From the IMG/VR virus record IMGVR_UViG_3300017645_000191, positions 1 through 36,588 of that record: a stretch of 36,588 nt of DNA; one strand, 5' to 3'. This DNA comes from a virus. Lineage: Duplodnaviria > Caudoviricetes. The position numbers were made by a program, and so were the translations under genes. Position 1 is the stretch's first letter, and every line of letters starts with the position of its first letter. Below are positions 1-8,601 of this stretch, piece by piece. The notes beneath the pieces were generated by a model that was not told the DNA's origin, searched no databases, and saw only the letters and a list, made by a program, of their open reading frames with translations.

Positions 1-489
1 CTTCGTAGAATAGGCGCGGCGCGTCTCCTGATCCAAGGCGAAGCCTGTTACTCTGAGCCCATTGTTGTTCTGCGCATCAACTTGGTTGAGGGCGAAACTA
101 GGAGACGTGAAGTACAGACGCCTCGCCCCCCCGAAATGCTGCACCAAGACAGCACCGTTACTCGACAGGAGCGTGGCATCTCCGAAAAGAAGCGGGTACA
201 CGCTGACTGTGGTTCCTGCGCCCGAATACATCGGCTTGCAGACCGTGACCAATGAGCCATGCCAAGGGATCGGCATGATACCGCCGCCGTGGAAGGTGTT
301 GTCGAGCTTCAAGCAACGATGGCCATCTATGGTTTCGAAGATCGGGCTGCCTACGTCGATAAGCAGCTCGGCTCTGTCGCCGTATCCGGCCATGTCCCGA
401 AAGGCTTGGCGATCAGCGTCATAGAAGTATGGTTCGTCCGAAAAGCGATAACCCTGGACATAACTTGGAACGTCTCTCGCGGGGATCAT
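1..489 (-). CDS. Tail-associated protein, partial (runs off left edge), possibly a beta-sandwich/lectin-like domain
   Basis: Not in ORF track. ATG at 489 overlaps the upstream TAA (TAATG); frame open to base 1: MIPARDVPSYVQGYRFSDEPYFYDADRQAFRDMAGYGDRAELLIDVGSPIFETIDGHRCLKLDNTFHGGG... Confidence 0.7.
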   Translation of the reverse strand, partial: MIPARDVPSYVQGYRFSDEPYFYDADRQAFRDMAGYGDRAELLIDVGSPIFETIDGHRCLKLDNTFHGGGIMPIPWHGSLVTVCKPMYSGAGTTVSVYPLLFGDATLLSSNGAVLVQHFGGARRLYFTSPSFALNQVDAQNNNGLRVTGFALDQETRRAYSTK

Positions 490-1691
490 TAGCCTTGCCT
501 CACTTTGTTGTAGGATTGGGGCATGGCCCATTTGTAGTTGATGTAGGAGGGGTCGAAGATTGAGGGCCAGCCTGGGGACTGAGCGCGGATTAGCGAGCCA
601 GCATTGTTTTCCGGACCGTTCATGAGTGTTGCTGGTGTCGCCTGCGATGCTACGCGAAGGGCTTGTTGCTCGACCGCACCAGTCGGGACCGAAGCTAAGG
701 TTCCGCGCACTCTCCAACCTTCATAGACCAGCGTCGAAATGGCTATGTTCGTTCCGTTATCGAACCATTCCATACCGTCTTCGGCGTTTGCAGCATTCAA
801 CGATTGACCGTAGGGAACTGCGTCATCTCTCACTACCGGCTCTGAAAAAGTGGCCACGAACTCTGTTCCGTTGAGCGTGACATCAATGATGCGGAGCGGC
901 TGGTAGATGGAACCAAACGTAGCGTACTCTTTAAGCACCTTACCAACAGCTTCGCCACGCATGACATAAGACGCGGGGAGCGGGTGCACCCGGTCCGACT
1001 CCATTGGCCACTGGTAGATGGGGCCAAGATTAATGGCATTCGGTAGAGCTTCTGCAATGCGTTTGATCGCCGCCTTGATGGCAATATCCCGCTGGCCGGC
1101 GTCACCATTATTGGACTGGTTAGGGTACGTGAAGACAACTGGAGCAAGATAGCCAGGCTTCCGCATCGCTTGAGCAGCGTAAAGCTGCATCTTCCCGTAA
1201 TACTCCATGCCGAGGTCGTAGTACTCGCTCTCGGGTGTGTTCGCTGCCGCGTTTGCTTCACCGTGCGCGGTATAGAACATAGCCTCTGGGTCATAGCCGT
1301 CTTCGCGTGCAATTTGGCAAAGCCGGTGCAAGATGGCATTCGGGTTCATGATCGGAGCGCCCATCAGCACCTGCAATGTACGCGCACCAATGGCTGCGTT
1401 GCCGATGTAGATGCGGGAATATTTTCCGCCAGCAAGGGTATTCACTATTCCGCTGGCCGGTGTCTGGCCAGCTCCTTCGGTGAAGTCCGCGACCGACGCT
1501 AACTCCCCCCAGTTCCCTGCCCACAGTGGGTTGGTCGTGTTGTAATCCCAAGTCGTTATAGCCAAGCCGCCAACTGGTATCTTGGCTATAGGGGCAGCTT
1601 TGGTTTCCACCGCGGTAGACCAGGGTGCATTCAGGGACTGGCCCAACAGCACTACAATCGCTGCCTTCGGACGGCTTGCCCCGCTCGACAA
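489..1691 (-). CDS. SGNH/SASA-like acetylesterase tailspike domain (no convincing own start; probably the distal half of a frameshifted gene)
   Basis: SGNH blocks GQSLN, GNAAIGARTL, AHGEANA and DRVHP; lies downstream of tail-tip gene; TTG start inside the upstream gene; lower GC than the structural genes. Confidence 0.75.
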   Translation of the reverse strand: MSSGASRPKAAIVVLLGQSLNAPWSTAVETKAAPIAKIPVGGLAITTWDYNTTNPLWAGNWGELASVADFTEGAGQTPASGIVNTLAGGKYSRIYIGNAAIGARTLQVLMGAPIMNPNAILHRLCQIAREDGYDPEAMFYTAHGEANAAANTPESEYYDLGMEYYGKMQLYAAQAMRKPGYLAPVVFTYPNQSNNGDAGQRDIAIKAAIKRIAEALPNAINLGPIYQWPMESDRVHPLPASYVMRGEAVGKVLKEYATFGSIYQPLRIIDVTLNGTEFVATFSEPVVRDDAVPYGQSLNAANAEDGMEWFDNGTNIAISTLVYEGWRVRGTLASVPTGAVEQQALRVASQATPATLMNGPENNAGSLIRAQSPGWPSIFDPSYINYKWAMPQSYNKVRQG

Positions 1692-3168
1692 TGGCGGCAG
1701 TTCCTTCCTGCGACGTATCCCATTGGTAGGCCGCAGAGGGCATGGACTGCACCTGCAAGGTCACGCCCTGCACGATGCCGCCCTCGCCCAGAATGAAGCG
1801 GAAATCTTGAACCTCAAACACGCTGTTGATGCCGAACAGCGGATACTGAATGCGAACGAAGCGCTCCCCGAAGGCAGCGAGCGCCCGCAGATTGCAGGTG
1901 AAGGTTCCAACCCATGACGGGTTCGATCGATACCACTCCAGTTTCATCAGCCGCCGCGCCTGGCTGTGCGACGGGGCCATGTTGATTTGGATGTCCTTCG
2001 CGATCTCACCGCGTTCTGAAACATCTGCCTCATCGATCCATGGATCTGCGTCGGCGGCCTGATAGTCCTGATCTGTCGCGAGGTAGGTGGCGCGGATGGC
2101 GTTGGCCGTAGTCATGATGTCCCGGCCTCGTCCAAGCTGAGAAAATCCTACTATGGCGTCTGCGTTGATGATGACCGACGGCTCCGCCCAAGTGCCGATG
2201 TCGAGGGTAATTCCGCCATCTGGCGTCGGGACGATGCGGCCATCGCAGCAGTTGAGCATCCGGCCCAGAACATCGGCAGGCCGCTCGTCGAGACGATACG
2301 ATCCCCAGAGGCGGTAACGCTTCTCCGTCCCGCCCGCCGCGATTGGAATATCCTCATTTGCGCGGTTGTAGGCGGCCACCCATCCCGCTTGTGCAAGCGG
2401 GGTTGTGAACAGGCTTTCCGGCAAGCGCATCCCGTCTCGGTGCGTCATGTAATCCCGAATGACAGCAGCAGCATTGTCGCTCCAAGCCACGACGCCCGTC
2501 ACTGGGTTTTTGACCTTCGAGGTTCGGGCGACAACGCGGTAGTTCATGTTGATGCCGTTCGGGAACCGATGCAGATACCAGTCTTGCGGGGTCGCAAACT
2601 GCGTGGCGTAAAGAGATGCCACCCCGTCCCCACGGTGCGCTGGTGTCCACTCCGGGAATGTCGAAGCCAGAACGTTGTAGTAAGTCTCCGTGGGCTGCCC
2701 TAGACGGAAATGTATACGCAGCAAGGAGTCGTGGCCGCTGCCGGTCCACGGTGCTCTCTGGACGCGCCCGTTCGCATCAATGGTGCCGGTAACGTTCTTG
2801 TCGTCCACCCAGACCTCTTCGATGGCATCGAACGGGCCCTGACCGAGTGCGAGAACCTTATGGAAGTTGCCGCTTTTCGCTTCCGCGAATACCCAGATGC
2901 CAGAGGTTTTCACCCGTCCATAATGGCGATAGCGAGGGGCCGTATTCTGCCGAAACGATTGCTGCACATCTTCTGGCTTGGGCTGTTGCGGCCGGAACAG
3001 GAACGAGGCCAGTGCCGACAACCCCACTGAGAGTCCGATGTTTATCAGCGCGCCGCCGATCGCGGTCGCCCCGCCGATCGCCATCCAGGCAAGCCCGGTC
3101 TGGAGGGCCACAGCTACAGCCGAGGTGCCGAGAACGCTCGCAATGAGCCCGGAAATCGCTACTGGCAT
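1291..3168 (-). CDS. Tail tip/central fibre (host-specificity J-like) protein; meaningful only to ~1695, out of frame after that
   Basis: Hydrophobic N-terminus then PRYRHYGRVK, WSDNAAAVIRDY, SHSQARRLMKL motifs of alphaproteobacterial tail-tip proteins; after WDTSQEGTA the translation looks like nonsense overlapping the SGNH ORF. Confidence 0.8.
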   Translation of the reverse strand: MPVAISGLIASVLGTSAVAVALQTGLAWMAIGGATAIGGALINIGLSVGLSALASFLFRPQQPKPEDVQQSFRQNTAPRYRHYGRVKTSGIWVFAEAKSGNFHKVLALGQGPFDAIEEVWVDDKNVTGTIDANGRVQRAPWTGSGHDSLLRIHFRLGQPTETYYNVLASTFPEWTPAHRGDGVASLYATQFATPQDWYLHRFPNGINMNYRVVARTSKVKNPVTGVVAWSDNAAAVIRDYMTHRDGMRLPESLFTTPLAQAGWVAAYNRANEDIPIAAGGTEKRYRLWGSYRLDERPADVLGRMLNCCDGRIVPTPDGGITLDIGTWAEPSVIINADAIVGFSQLGRGRDIMTTANAIRATYLATDQDYQAADADPWIDEADVSERGEIAKDIQINMAPSHSQARRLMKLEWYRSNPSWVGTFTCNLRALAAFGERFVRIQYPLFGINSVFEVQDFRFILGEGGIVQGVTLQVQSMPSAAYQWDTSQEGTAAIVERGKPSEGSDCSAVGPVPECTLVYRGGNQSCPYSQDTSWRLGYNDLGLQHDQPTVGRELGGVSVGRGLHRRSWPDTGQRNSEYPCWRKIFPHLHRQRSHWCAYIAGADGRSDHEPECHLAPALPNCTRRRL

Positions 3169-3548
3169 TCAGTGCTCCATGCCTTCCACACCGCATTGAG
3201 CGGTGCACCAATCAGGCCGTTCTCGTCGTGTGAAAACCAGTACTGCCCGCTGTTAACCGCCACGCAGAGCTTGCCGCCGTGGATCACCAAGCCGACATCG
3301 CCGGGCAGCGGATCTTCCGTCTTGCTGAAGCCGGCTGCGCGCATCACGCGATTGACAGCCACCGCAAGGCCGCCGAAGTCTGACAGCGCTCGTTGGGCTT
3401 CCTCGGCTGTTTCATAGGCCGCGATGAGCGGAGAGAAGTCCTTGCCGGTCTTGATCTTCAGCCAACGGGCAGCCGTCGAGACGCAATCAGTCTCGCCCCA
3501 CCGGAAAGGCTTCTCGGCCTCGGCGGCAATGAATTCCTGAATGTTCAT
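3159..3548 (-). CDS. DUF6950/NlpC-P60-like tail assembly peptidase
   Basis: Probable start MNIQEFIAAEAEKPFRWGETDC (ATG 3548); PFxWGxxDC and PGDVGLV motifs; position before tail tip. Confidence 0.8.
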   Translation of the reverse strand: MNIQEFIAAEAEKPFRWGETDCVSTAARWLKIKTGKDFSPLIAAYETAEEAQRALSDFGGLAVAVNRVMRAAGFSKTEDPLPGDVGLVIHGGKLCVAVNSGQYWFSHDENGLIGAPLNAVWKAWSTECQ

Positions 3549-3552
3549 GCGG

Positions 3553-4143
3553 TCAGTAATCCGGGTACACGAAGACTTTGTTGACGAGCTTCGGCGTGAA
3601 CTGGAAAAACCTATCGCCGGGAGACCTGACCTGCTGGTCGCGGTCTGTATACTTGCCGTACGCCGGCCGAGAACGATTGAAGAAGGCATTCTCAGCAGTC
3701 ATCGAAATTGACTGGATGGCTCCCTCAGCGCCCCCCATCTCTGTGCGGGCGATCCGCGGCGGCTGCATGAACCCCCACCAGATCGGCGCGGGGTTGCCGA
3801 GCGTTTGCCATTCCTCGTCAAATAGCTGCATCGAAATGACGACGATCCGCTGATCGACCTCGTTGTTCGCATCAAGGGCCATAGCCAGGAAGTCAAGCGC
3901 CTGACTTGGAAGGCCGCTCATATTGAACGTGACCGCCTCCGATGCCGTCCCAGTCGTCATGCCGAGGCCGTCAATCGAGCCGTAGCCGTACATGGGGAGA
4001 TAGGTGTTCCCGCCCGCCTCAAGCGCCGTGTTGCCGTTCCAGACGCGCATCGTCTCAGAGGCGAAGCGGAACTCAACAAGCAGATCGAGGCGCACTTGAC
4101 GCTTGGCGAACTCGCCCACCTGTTCAGGCGTAAAGAAGGCCAT
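3553..4143 (-). CDS. Minor tail/hub protein (DUF2163-like)
   Basis: 196 aa, RLDLLVEFRF..RVWNG, YTDRDQQ..PGDRFF; synteny. Confidence 0.7.
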   Translation of the reverse strand: MAFFTPEQVGEFAKRQVRLDLLVEFRFASETMRVWNGNTALEAGGNTYLPMYGYGSIDGLGMTTGTASEAVTFNMSGLPSQALDFLAMALDANNEVDQRIVVISMQLFDEEWQTLGNPAPIWWGFMQPPRIARTEMGGAEGAIQSISMTAENAFFNRSRPAYGKYTDRDQQVRSPGDRFFQFTPKLVNKVFVYPDY

Positions 4144-4823
4144 CAGACATCCTCGATGAAGTTGACAGTCGGGTAGGTCCAGGTACCGCGAGCGAGCGGC
4201 AGATCAAGCTCGCCGTCGCTTGCAAGCCGCATCCGGCAGACCGGTTTGTCAAACTCCAGCTTGGTGCCGATGCTTGCCGCTTCTCGTGCAGGCGGCCGGA
4301 AGGTGATGGTCGCCGTTCCCGTCCCCGTCTGCTCGAGGGTGCGGATACGATAGAGGCGTTCCCCAATGGAAAAGTGCTGCCCCGGCTGGATTTCATGCGC
4401 CACGTTGATCGTGATATTGGCCGTGGTGCCGCGCACTGGGATGTTGCTCGCGAGCGTGACATCGATCACGGTCCCCTGATACTCGCTTCCATCTCCGAAT
4501 TGGCTGCCATCTGAATGCGGGACGGGTTCATAGAGGACCTGCCACTCAGGCGAATATGGTTGGTAGGATCGGCACAAGGGAACAAGGATCGGGTTCATCC
4601 GCCCCTCAAGCAAAGCTGCAAGCGCCCTGAACGCTAGAACAGGCTCGCGTTTTCTGGTGTTCGTGATGACGTTGGCGAATGTCGCCTTCCAGATGCCAGC
4701 GTCGGACGCGACTACTTGCGACACTCCGGAGACGCTGGACGGCCCTGCAAGGGTTCTCGCTGCGATCTCAAACGTGACGCTCTGCGGCTTGAGAACCCCG
4801 ATCGGCCAAAGCACTAACGCCAT
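4143..4823 (-). CDS. Distal tail protein-like
   Basis: 226 aa directly after tape measure, coupled stop/start; AGIWKATF, GQHFSIGERLY, LEFDKPVCRMRL. Confidence 0.7.
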   Translation of the reverse strand: MALVLWPIGVLKPQSVTFEIAARTLAGPSSVSGVSQVVASDAGIWKATFANVITNTRKREPVLAFRALAALLEGRMNPILVPLCRSYQPYSPEWQVLYEPVPHSDGSQFGDGSEYQGTVIDVTLASNIPVRGTTANITINVAHEIQPGQHFSIGERLYRIRTLEQTGTGTATITFRPPAREAASIGTKLEFDKPVCRMRLASDGELDLPLARGTWTYPTVNFIEDV

Positions 4824-6877
4824 TACATCTTCCTCGCTTGAGCGTCGGCCAACATGCTTGGTAGCCCTTGGTTCACCTGCCTCACTGCGATGGTAGCACC
4901 CGCCTGCGCAGCCTGCGCGCCCATCTGCGTTACCTGCGCTCGCACGACGCCATTGTCATCGACGAAAACCCCGGACACCGTGACCTCGACCTGCTGCGGT
5001 TGCGCGCCCATCTGCGCACCACGTGGCAGCACAACCTCGCCCTTCTGCAAGATCGCTGGGACTTCGCCAGGCTGAAGACCTGCAACGCCGCCCCGGTGAT
5101 ATCGTTTGGCACCAGTGAACACCGAAGGCGAGACCGCGCGGCCGTGGCCGTAGCCATCCTTACCCGCCACGCCGCCGCTGTGGAGGATGCCGGGGATAAG
5201 CACGCCGCCAAGCAGGCCGCCCCCGCGAGAGCCGGTGCCTGAAAACAGGCTGTTCAGCGCCATCTCAAGCAGTTTGTCTGCCACCTTGCCAAGAGCGTTC
5301 GCGAGAGCTTCTGTCGCGTCCACCCCGTTCATCATATCTTGGATGAAGCCACCCATGACATTCTTGCCAAGCTCGCGCATCTCTTCGGCGGTCTGGCGAA
5401 CACGGTCTTGCTCCTCGGCTAGCCGTGCGGCCTCTGCCGTTGCGGTCGCATATGCCCCGGCCAGTTCCTCGATCTGCTGCCGTAGCTGCGGAGTGATTTC
5501 CAACCCCGCCCGCTTGGCGGCGTTTTCGAGCTCGACGATGGTTGCTGCCCGCTCGAGGCTAAATCCGTAGTCATCAACGAGCGGGTTAAGCTCTGCCTGC
5601 GCTGCCGTCATCGCCTGCGTTAGTGCAATCCGGTCGCGGAGCTGTTGCACTTCCCGCTCGTAGTCATTCTGACGCGCGCCACCAGCCCGGCCCTTCTTGC
5701 CGCCGCCACCACCGCCGCGCGCCGGCAGAGCGTAATCCTTGATAGATATCTGTGGCAGGACGGTGGGGCCTGCTGTCGCGGGGCCAAGCCGATCCGTAGT
5801 GGGCGTGCTGCCATTCGAGAACGCATTGTCCACCCGACTCTGCGAAACTGAGTCCTGTAGCTCTCCCAGGATGCTTTTCCCTATACGGTCAGTACCGAGC
5901 GCCTTCCCCCATTGCTGTCCGAGTTGGTTTAGTGCGTTGGTGAGATTGAGAACCCACTCGACTGCGCCACGAACGCCATCGATAAAGTCGAGCGTTCCAT
6001 TGATGATCGGACCCCAGTCAAAGGACTCGACCATCCCTGCCAAGTCTTCGATGGCATCTGCCAACCGCTCACTCGCACCGGACCCTTCATTGAACTCTCT
6101 GGCCGTGTCTACCAGCACGTTCTGCAGTCGAACAAATGCTTGGCTTACAGTCAGTTCGGCTCCAGCCAGCTTCTCTTCGAGCGTGTATGAGCCCGCTTCG
6201 ATTGCCCGGAAAAACGCTTCAGATGAAACCTGCCCGTCTTTCACCAGCCGAGTTAGGGTAGCAACATCCCCGCCAGCTTCCTTCATCCCCGCCGCCGCAG
6301 CTTGCAGAAGCGGATACATGCTGTCGAGCATGCTGTTGTATTCTTCAGCCTGGACAACGCCGTTGGACAGTGCCTGCCCTAGCTGGAGAAGCGCGCCGCT
6401 AGCCGCCTGCGCGTCTCCACCCTGAACGCGCATCGCCATAGCCACGGTTTCGGATAACTGGGTAAGCTCTTCGGTAGATGCTTTGAGGGTTGACTGAGCC
6501 TGAGCCGCGCGGCCATAGAGGCTCACAAGAGCTTCGAGGGGAACCGCGTTCCGTTGCGCACTAGCGAACAGCTTGTCATAGACCTTGTTCAGGTCCTCGC
6601 CAGCCAACCCCGTTACCTTCAGCGCATTCTGTATTCGCGTCGACGCATCAATAAGCTGCTGCGCCGCCCGAATACTCGCCGCACCAGCGAAGGCTCCTGC
6701 CATTGAACGGCCAAGCCCTACAAACTGGCTGTTCAGAGATTTATTCATCCTCTGAAAGCGGCTCTCAATCTGACGCGCGCGGCGGTCAGCGGTGCTGCTG
6801 GCCGCCGCCATCTGGCGCTCGAAACCCCGCTGGGTGGCTTCCAGCCGAACGATTAGTCTCTCGACATCGGTAGCTAT
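4823..6877 (-). CDS. Tape measure protein (start extended to ATA at 6877)
   Basis: Tape-measure N domain (ALLQLGQALSNGVVQAEEYNSM), Ala-rich helices, C-terminal HxGG/EVPAILQKGEVV; in-frame extension ATDVERLIVRLEA preceded by GGGAG. Confidence 0.9.
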   Translation of the reverse strand: MATDVERLIVRLEATQRGFERQMAAASSTADRRARQIESRFQRMNKSLNSQFVGLGRSMAGAFAGAASIRAAQQLIDASTRIQNALKVTGLAGEDLNKVYDKLFASAQRNAVPLEALVSLYGRAAQAQSTLKASTEELTQLSETVAMAMRVQGGDAQAASGALLQLGQALSNGVVQAEEYNSMLDSMYPLLQAAAAGMKEAGGDVATLTRLVKDGQVSSEAFFRAIEAGSYTLEEKLAGAELTVSQAFVRLQNVLVDTAREFNEGSGASERLADAIEDLAGMVESFDWGPIINGTLDFIDGVRGAVEWVLNLTNALNQLGQQWGKALGTDRIGKSILGELQDSVSQSRVDNAFSNGSTPTTDRLGPATAGPTVLPQISIKDYALPARGGGGGGKKGRAGGARQNDYEREVQQLRDRIALTQAMTAAQAELNPLVDDYGFSLERAATIVELENAAKRAGLEITPQLRQQIEELAGAYATATAEAARLAEEQDRVRQTAEEMRELGKNVMGGFIQDMMNGVDATEALANALGKVADKLLEMALNSLFSGTGSRGGGLLGGVLIPGILHSGGVAGKDGYGHGRAVSPSVFTGAKRYHRGGVAGLQPGEVPAILQKGEVVLPRGAQMGAQPQQVEVTVSGVFVDDNGVVRAQVTQMGAQAAQAGATIAVRQVNQGLPSMLADAQARKM

Positions 6878-6967
6878 GACACTTCTCCCAGCATTAGTGC
6901 TGCACTCATTGACCTCAGCTCAGGTCGGTGCAAACCTTGCGTCAACGCCATTTAAGAGGTCTTTGGA

Positions 6968-7303
6968 ATGAACCGTTTGCTTTACGCTGTGGCCGCTCTT
7001 GCCGCCGTGCTCAATCCGGCTATAGCCGCCGATCCCGTCACTCTAGAGTACGAAAACTTCCAACGGCTTCCGAACGGGGCCACAGAAATCGTTCTAAAGT
7101 TCACCAACAACACGTCGAAGCCGTTAAGCCTCATTTCAGCGGATTGCGCATTCTTGGGAGCGGACGGGAAGGCCCTCACCGTCTTGCCCATAGTCGCGCA
7201 GAACGTGGCTGCAGGCGAAGTCGCTTACGGGAATACGTTCTCTCCGCGTCACGTGGTCGGCGTTGAGAAAGCCCAGTGCCGGCTAAAGTATCACGACGAC
7301 TAA
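6968..7303 (+). CDS. Secreted FxLYD-like domain protein (moron)
   Basis: Signal peptide MNRLLYAVAALAAVLNPAIAA; FTNNT..AFLGADGK..NVAAGE pattern; antisense to tail operon; candidate promoter TTGACC-N17-AAACCT at 6909-6937. Confidence 0.7.
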   Translation: MNRLLYAVAALAAVLNPAIAADPVTLEYENFQRLPNGATEIVLKFTNNTSKPLSLISADCAFLGADGKALTVLPIVAQNVAAGEVAYGNTFSPRHVVGVEKAQCRLKYHDD

Positions 7304-7539
7304 AAACCCTCGATCCCAAGCTCGGCCAGACGGCCTTCGTCCATGTCGCCGCCCTTGGGCTTCGCCTTCGGATTGTTGGCGAGGAGATACCCGTCAACCA
7401 TCGCGCCGAACTCCCAAAGCGTCATTTGCCCGATGTCACGCGGGACTATTCCCGACCAGTTGTAGAAGCTGGAGAACCGCCATTTTCCTCGCGGGAGAGG
7501 TTCCCGGCTTTGCCGTTCTCCCCCGCTTGAGACTCCCCC
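7300..7539 (-). CDS. Tail assembly chaperone C-terminal extension (gpGT-like, reached by -1 frameshift)
   Basis: -1 frame open from GGGGGAG (7539-7533) to TAG 7302-7300: ...GKWRFSSFYNWSGIVPRDIGQMTLWEFGAMVDGY...LGIEGF. Confidence 0.75.
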   Translation of the reverse strand, partial: GGVSSGGERQSREPLPRGKWRFSSFYNWSGIVPRDIGQMTLWEFGAMVDGYLLANNPKAKPKGGDMDEGRLAELGIEGF

Positions 7540-7850
7540 GTGGGGTCTTCCTCCGCACCGAACAGAGCGCCCGCGAGAACCGCCTGGGCGGTCAGAACGC
7601 TTTCCGTGAGTGGGCGATCCTCCACGAACTTCTTGACGAGCTTGCGCGCGTCTTCCTTGCTCATGCCGCCGCCTTCGAGGCCGAGGCGGATGGGCTGGAT
7701 CACGTCATCGACAAACCAGCGGTTTTGCGTCAGCCGCTGAAGGATGAAGGCCGGTCCTGCATCGCACTTGTCTTGCAACGCCCGCAGCAGGTCGATCGTG
7801 AGCAGGAAGGTGTGCTCCCCACCTGCCCAGGTTAGCTCCATGCCGCGCAT
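7446..7850 (-). CDS. Tail assembly chaperone (GTA-gp10-like, gpG analogue)
   Basis: LTWAGGEHTF..LQDKCDAGP..IRLGLEGGGM; between tail tube and tape measure. Confidence 0.85.
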   Translation of the reverse strand: MRGMELTWAGGEHTFLLTIDLLRALQDKCDAGPAFILQRLTQNRWFVDDVIQPIRLGLEGGGMSKEDARKLVKKFVEDRPLTESVLTAQAVLAGALFGAEEDPTGESQAGENGKAGNLSREENGGSPASTTGRE

Positions 7851-8317
7851 TAGGACGAAGCATCCACTACGGCGCGGGTCGGTACGCCGTCGAACTGGAT
7901 CTCGATCTCCGCAGAAACCTTCTGCCCCTTCGTGCGGCTGTTATTGACGCTGGCAAGGAGGGCCGGCCCTTCTTCGGCGTAGGTATCGCCCGAGTCGCCG
8001 TCATTCTCCGCCTTCGCGTTCCGGATGCGGATGTTGCGGGTCGAACCGCTATACCACCAGTCCAGAACGGTTTCACTGCTCTGCAGCGCCCAGACGCCGG
8101 TCGCGGATACTGTCACTTCCTGCGAGCGGACTTGGCGCTCAAGTGCGAGCGGCAGACTCTCATCGGCGCAGTCCGGGATTTCAGACGTGTCGATGTTCGA
8201 CGTCCGGTTGATCGTGACATCAGTCAGGCCGCAGATCGCGGCGAAGGTACCGGAGCCTGGGGTGGTCTCAACCTCCAGAATCATTTCCTCAAAACGTGCT
8301 GTGGTGGCGCGCGCCAT
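7850..8317 (-). CDS. Tail tube (major tail) protein
   Basis: FAAICGLT..IPDCADE, EIQFDGVP motifs; GGAG RBS; synteny. Confidence 0.85.
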   Translation of the reverse strand: MARATTARFEEMILEVETTPGSGTFAAICGLTDVTINRTSNIDTSEIPDCADESLPLALERQVRSQEVTVSATGVWALQSSETVLDWWYSGSTRNIRIRNAKAENDGDSGDTYAEEGPALLASVNNSRTKGQKVSAEIEIQFDGVPTRAVVDASS

Positions 8318-8363
8318 TGCAATTTCTCCTAGTGAAAGCGGGCCAGTGCTCGACTAGCCGTGG

Positions 8364-8601
8364 TTACTGGGCCTCGATGCCCTCTGGGTTGGGCTCGTCT
8401 GCCCGCTTGCCGCGCTTCAGAGCGCGTTTCTGGTCAGCGGTGGGGCTTTCCACCCGCTCCGCCTTACCCGCCGCTACGGCGGCAGCGATGACCCGCTCGG
8501 GGAACTGCTGCGGCACGTCGGAGGGCCGAATGAGTTGGCTCACCGCCTTCTGTGGGCGATGATCGAAATTAAATTCTTTCTTGAAAGATCGCCCAGGCCA
8601 T
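8364..8601 (-). pseudogene. Small conserved neck/tail-region gene broken by a +1 frameshift
   Basis: ATG 8601 coupled to upstream TGA reads MAWAIFQERI*; removing one T from ATC TTT C gives a 78-aa protein MAWAIFKKEFNFDHRPQ...VIAAAVAAGKAERV...EAQ ending TAA 8366-8364. Confidence 0.65.

Noticed and set aside
1-3168. Diversity-generating retroelement or invertible tail-fibre switch explaining the tail junction
   Set aside because: No reverse transcriptase, template/variable repeat pair, invertase or inverted crossover sites seen in the window
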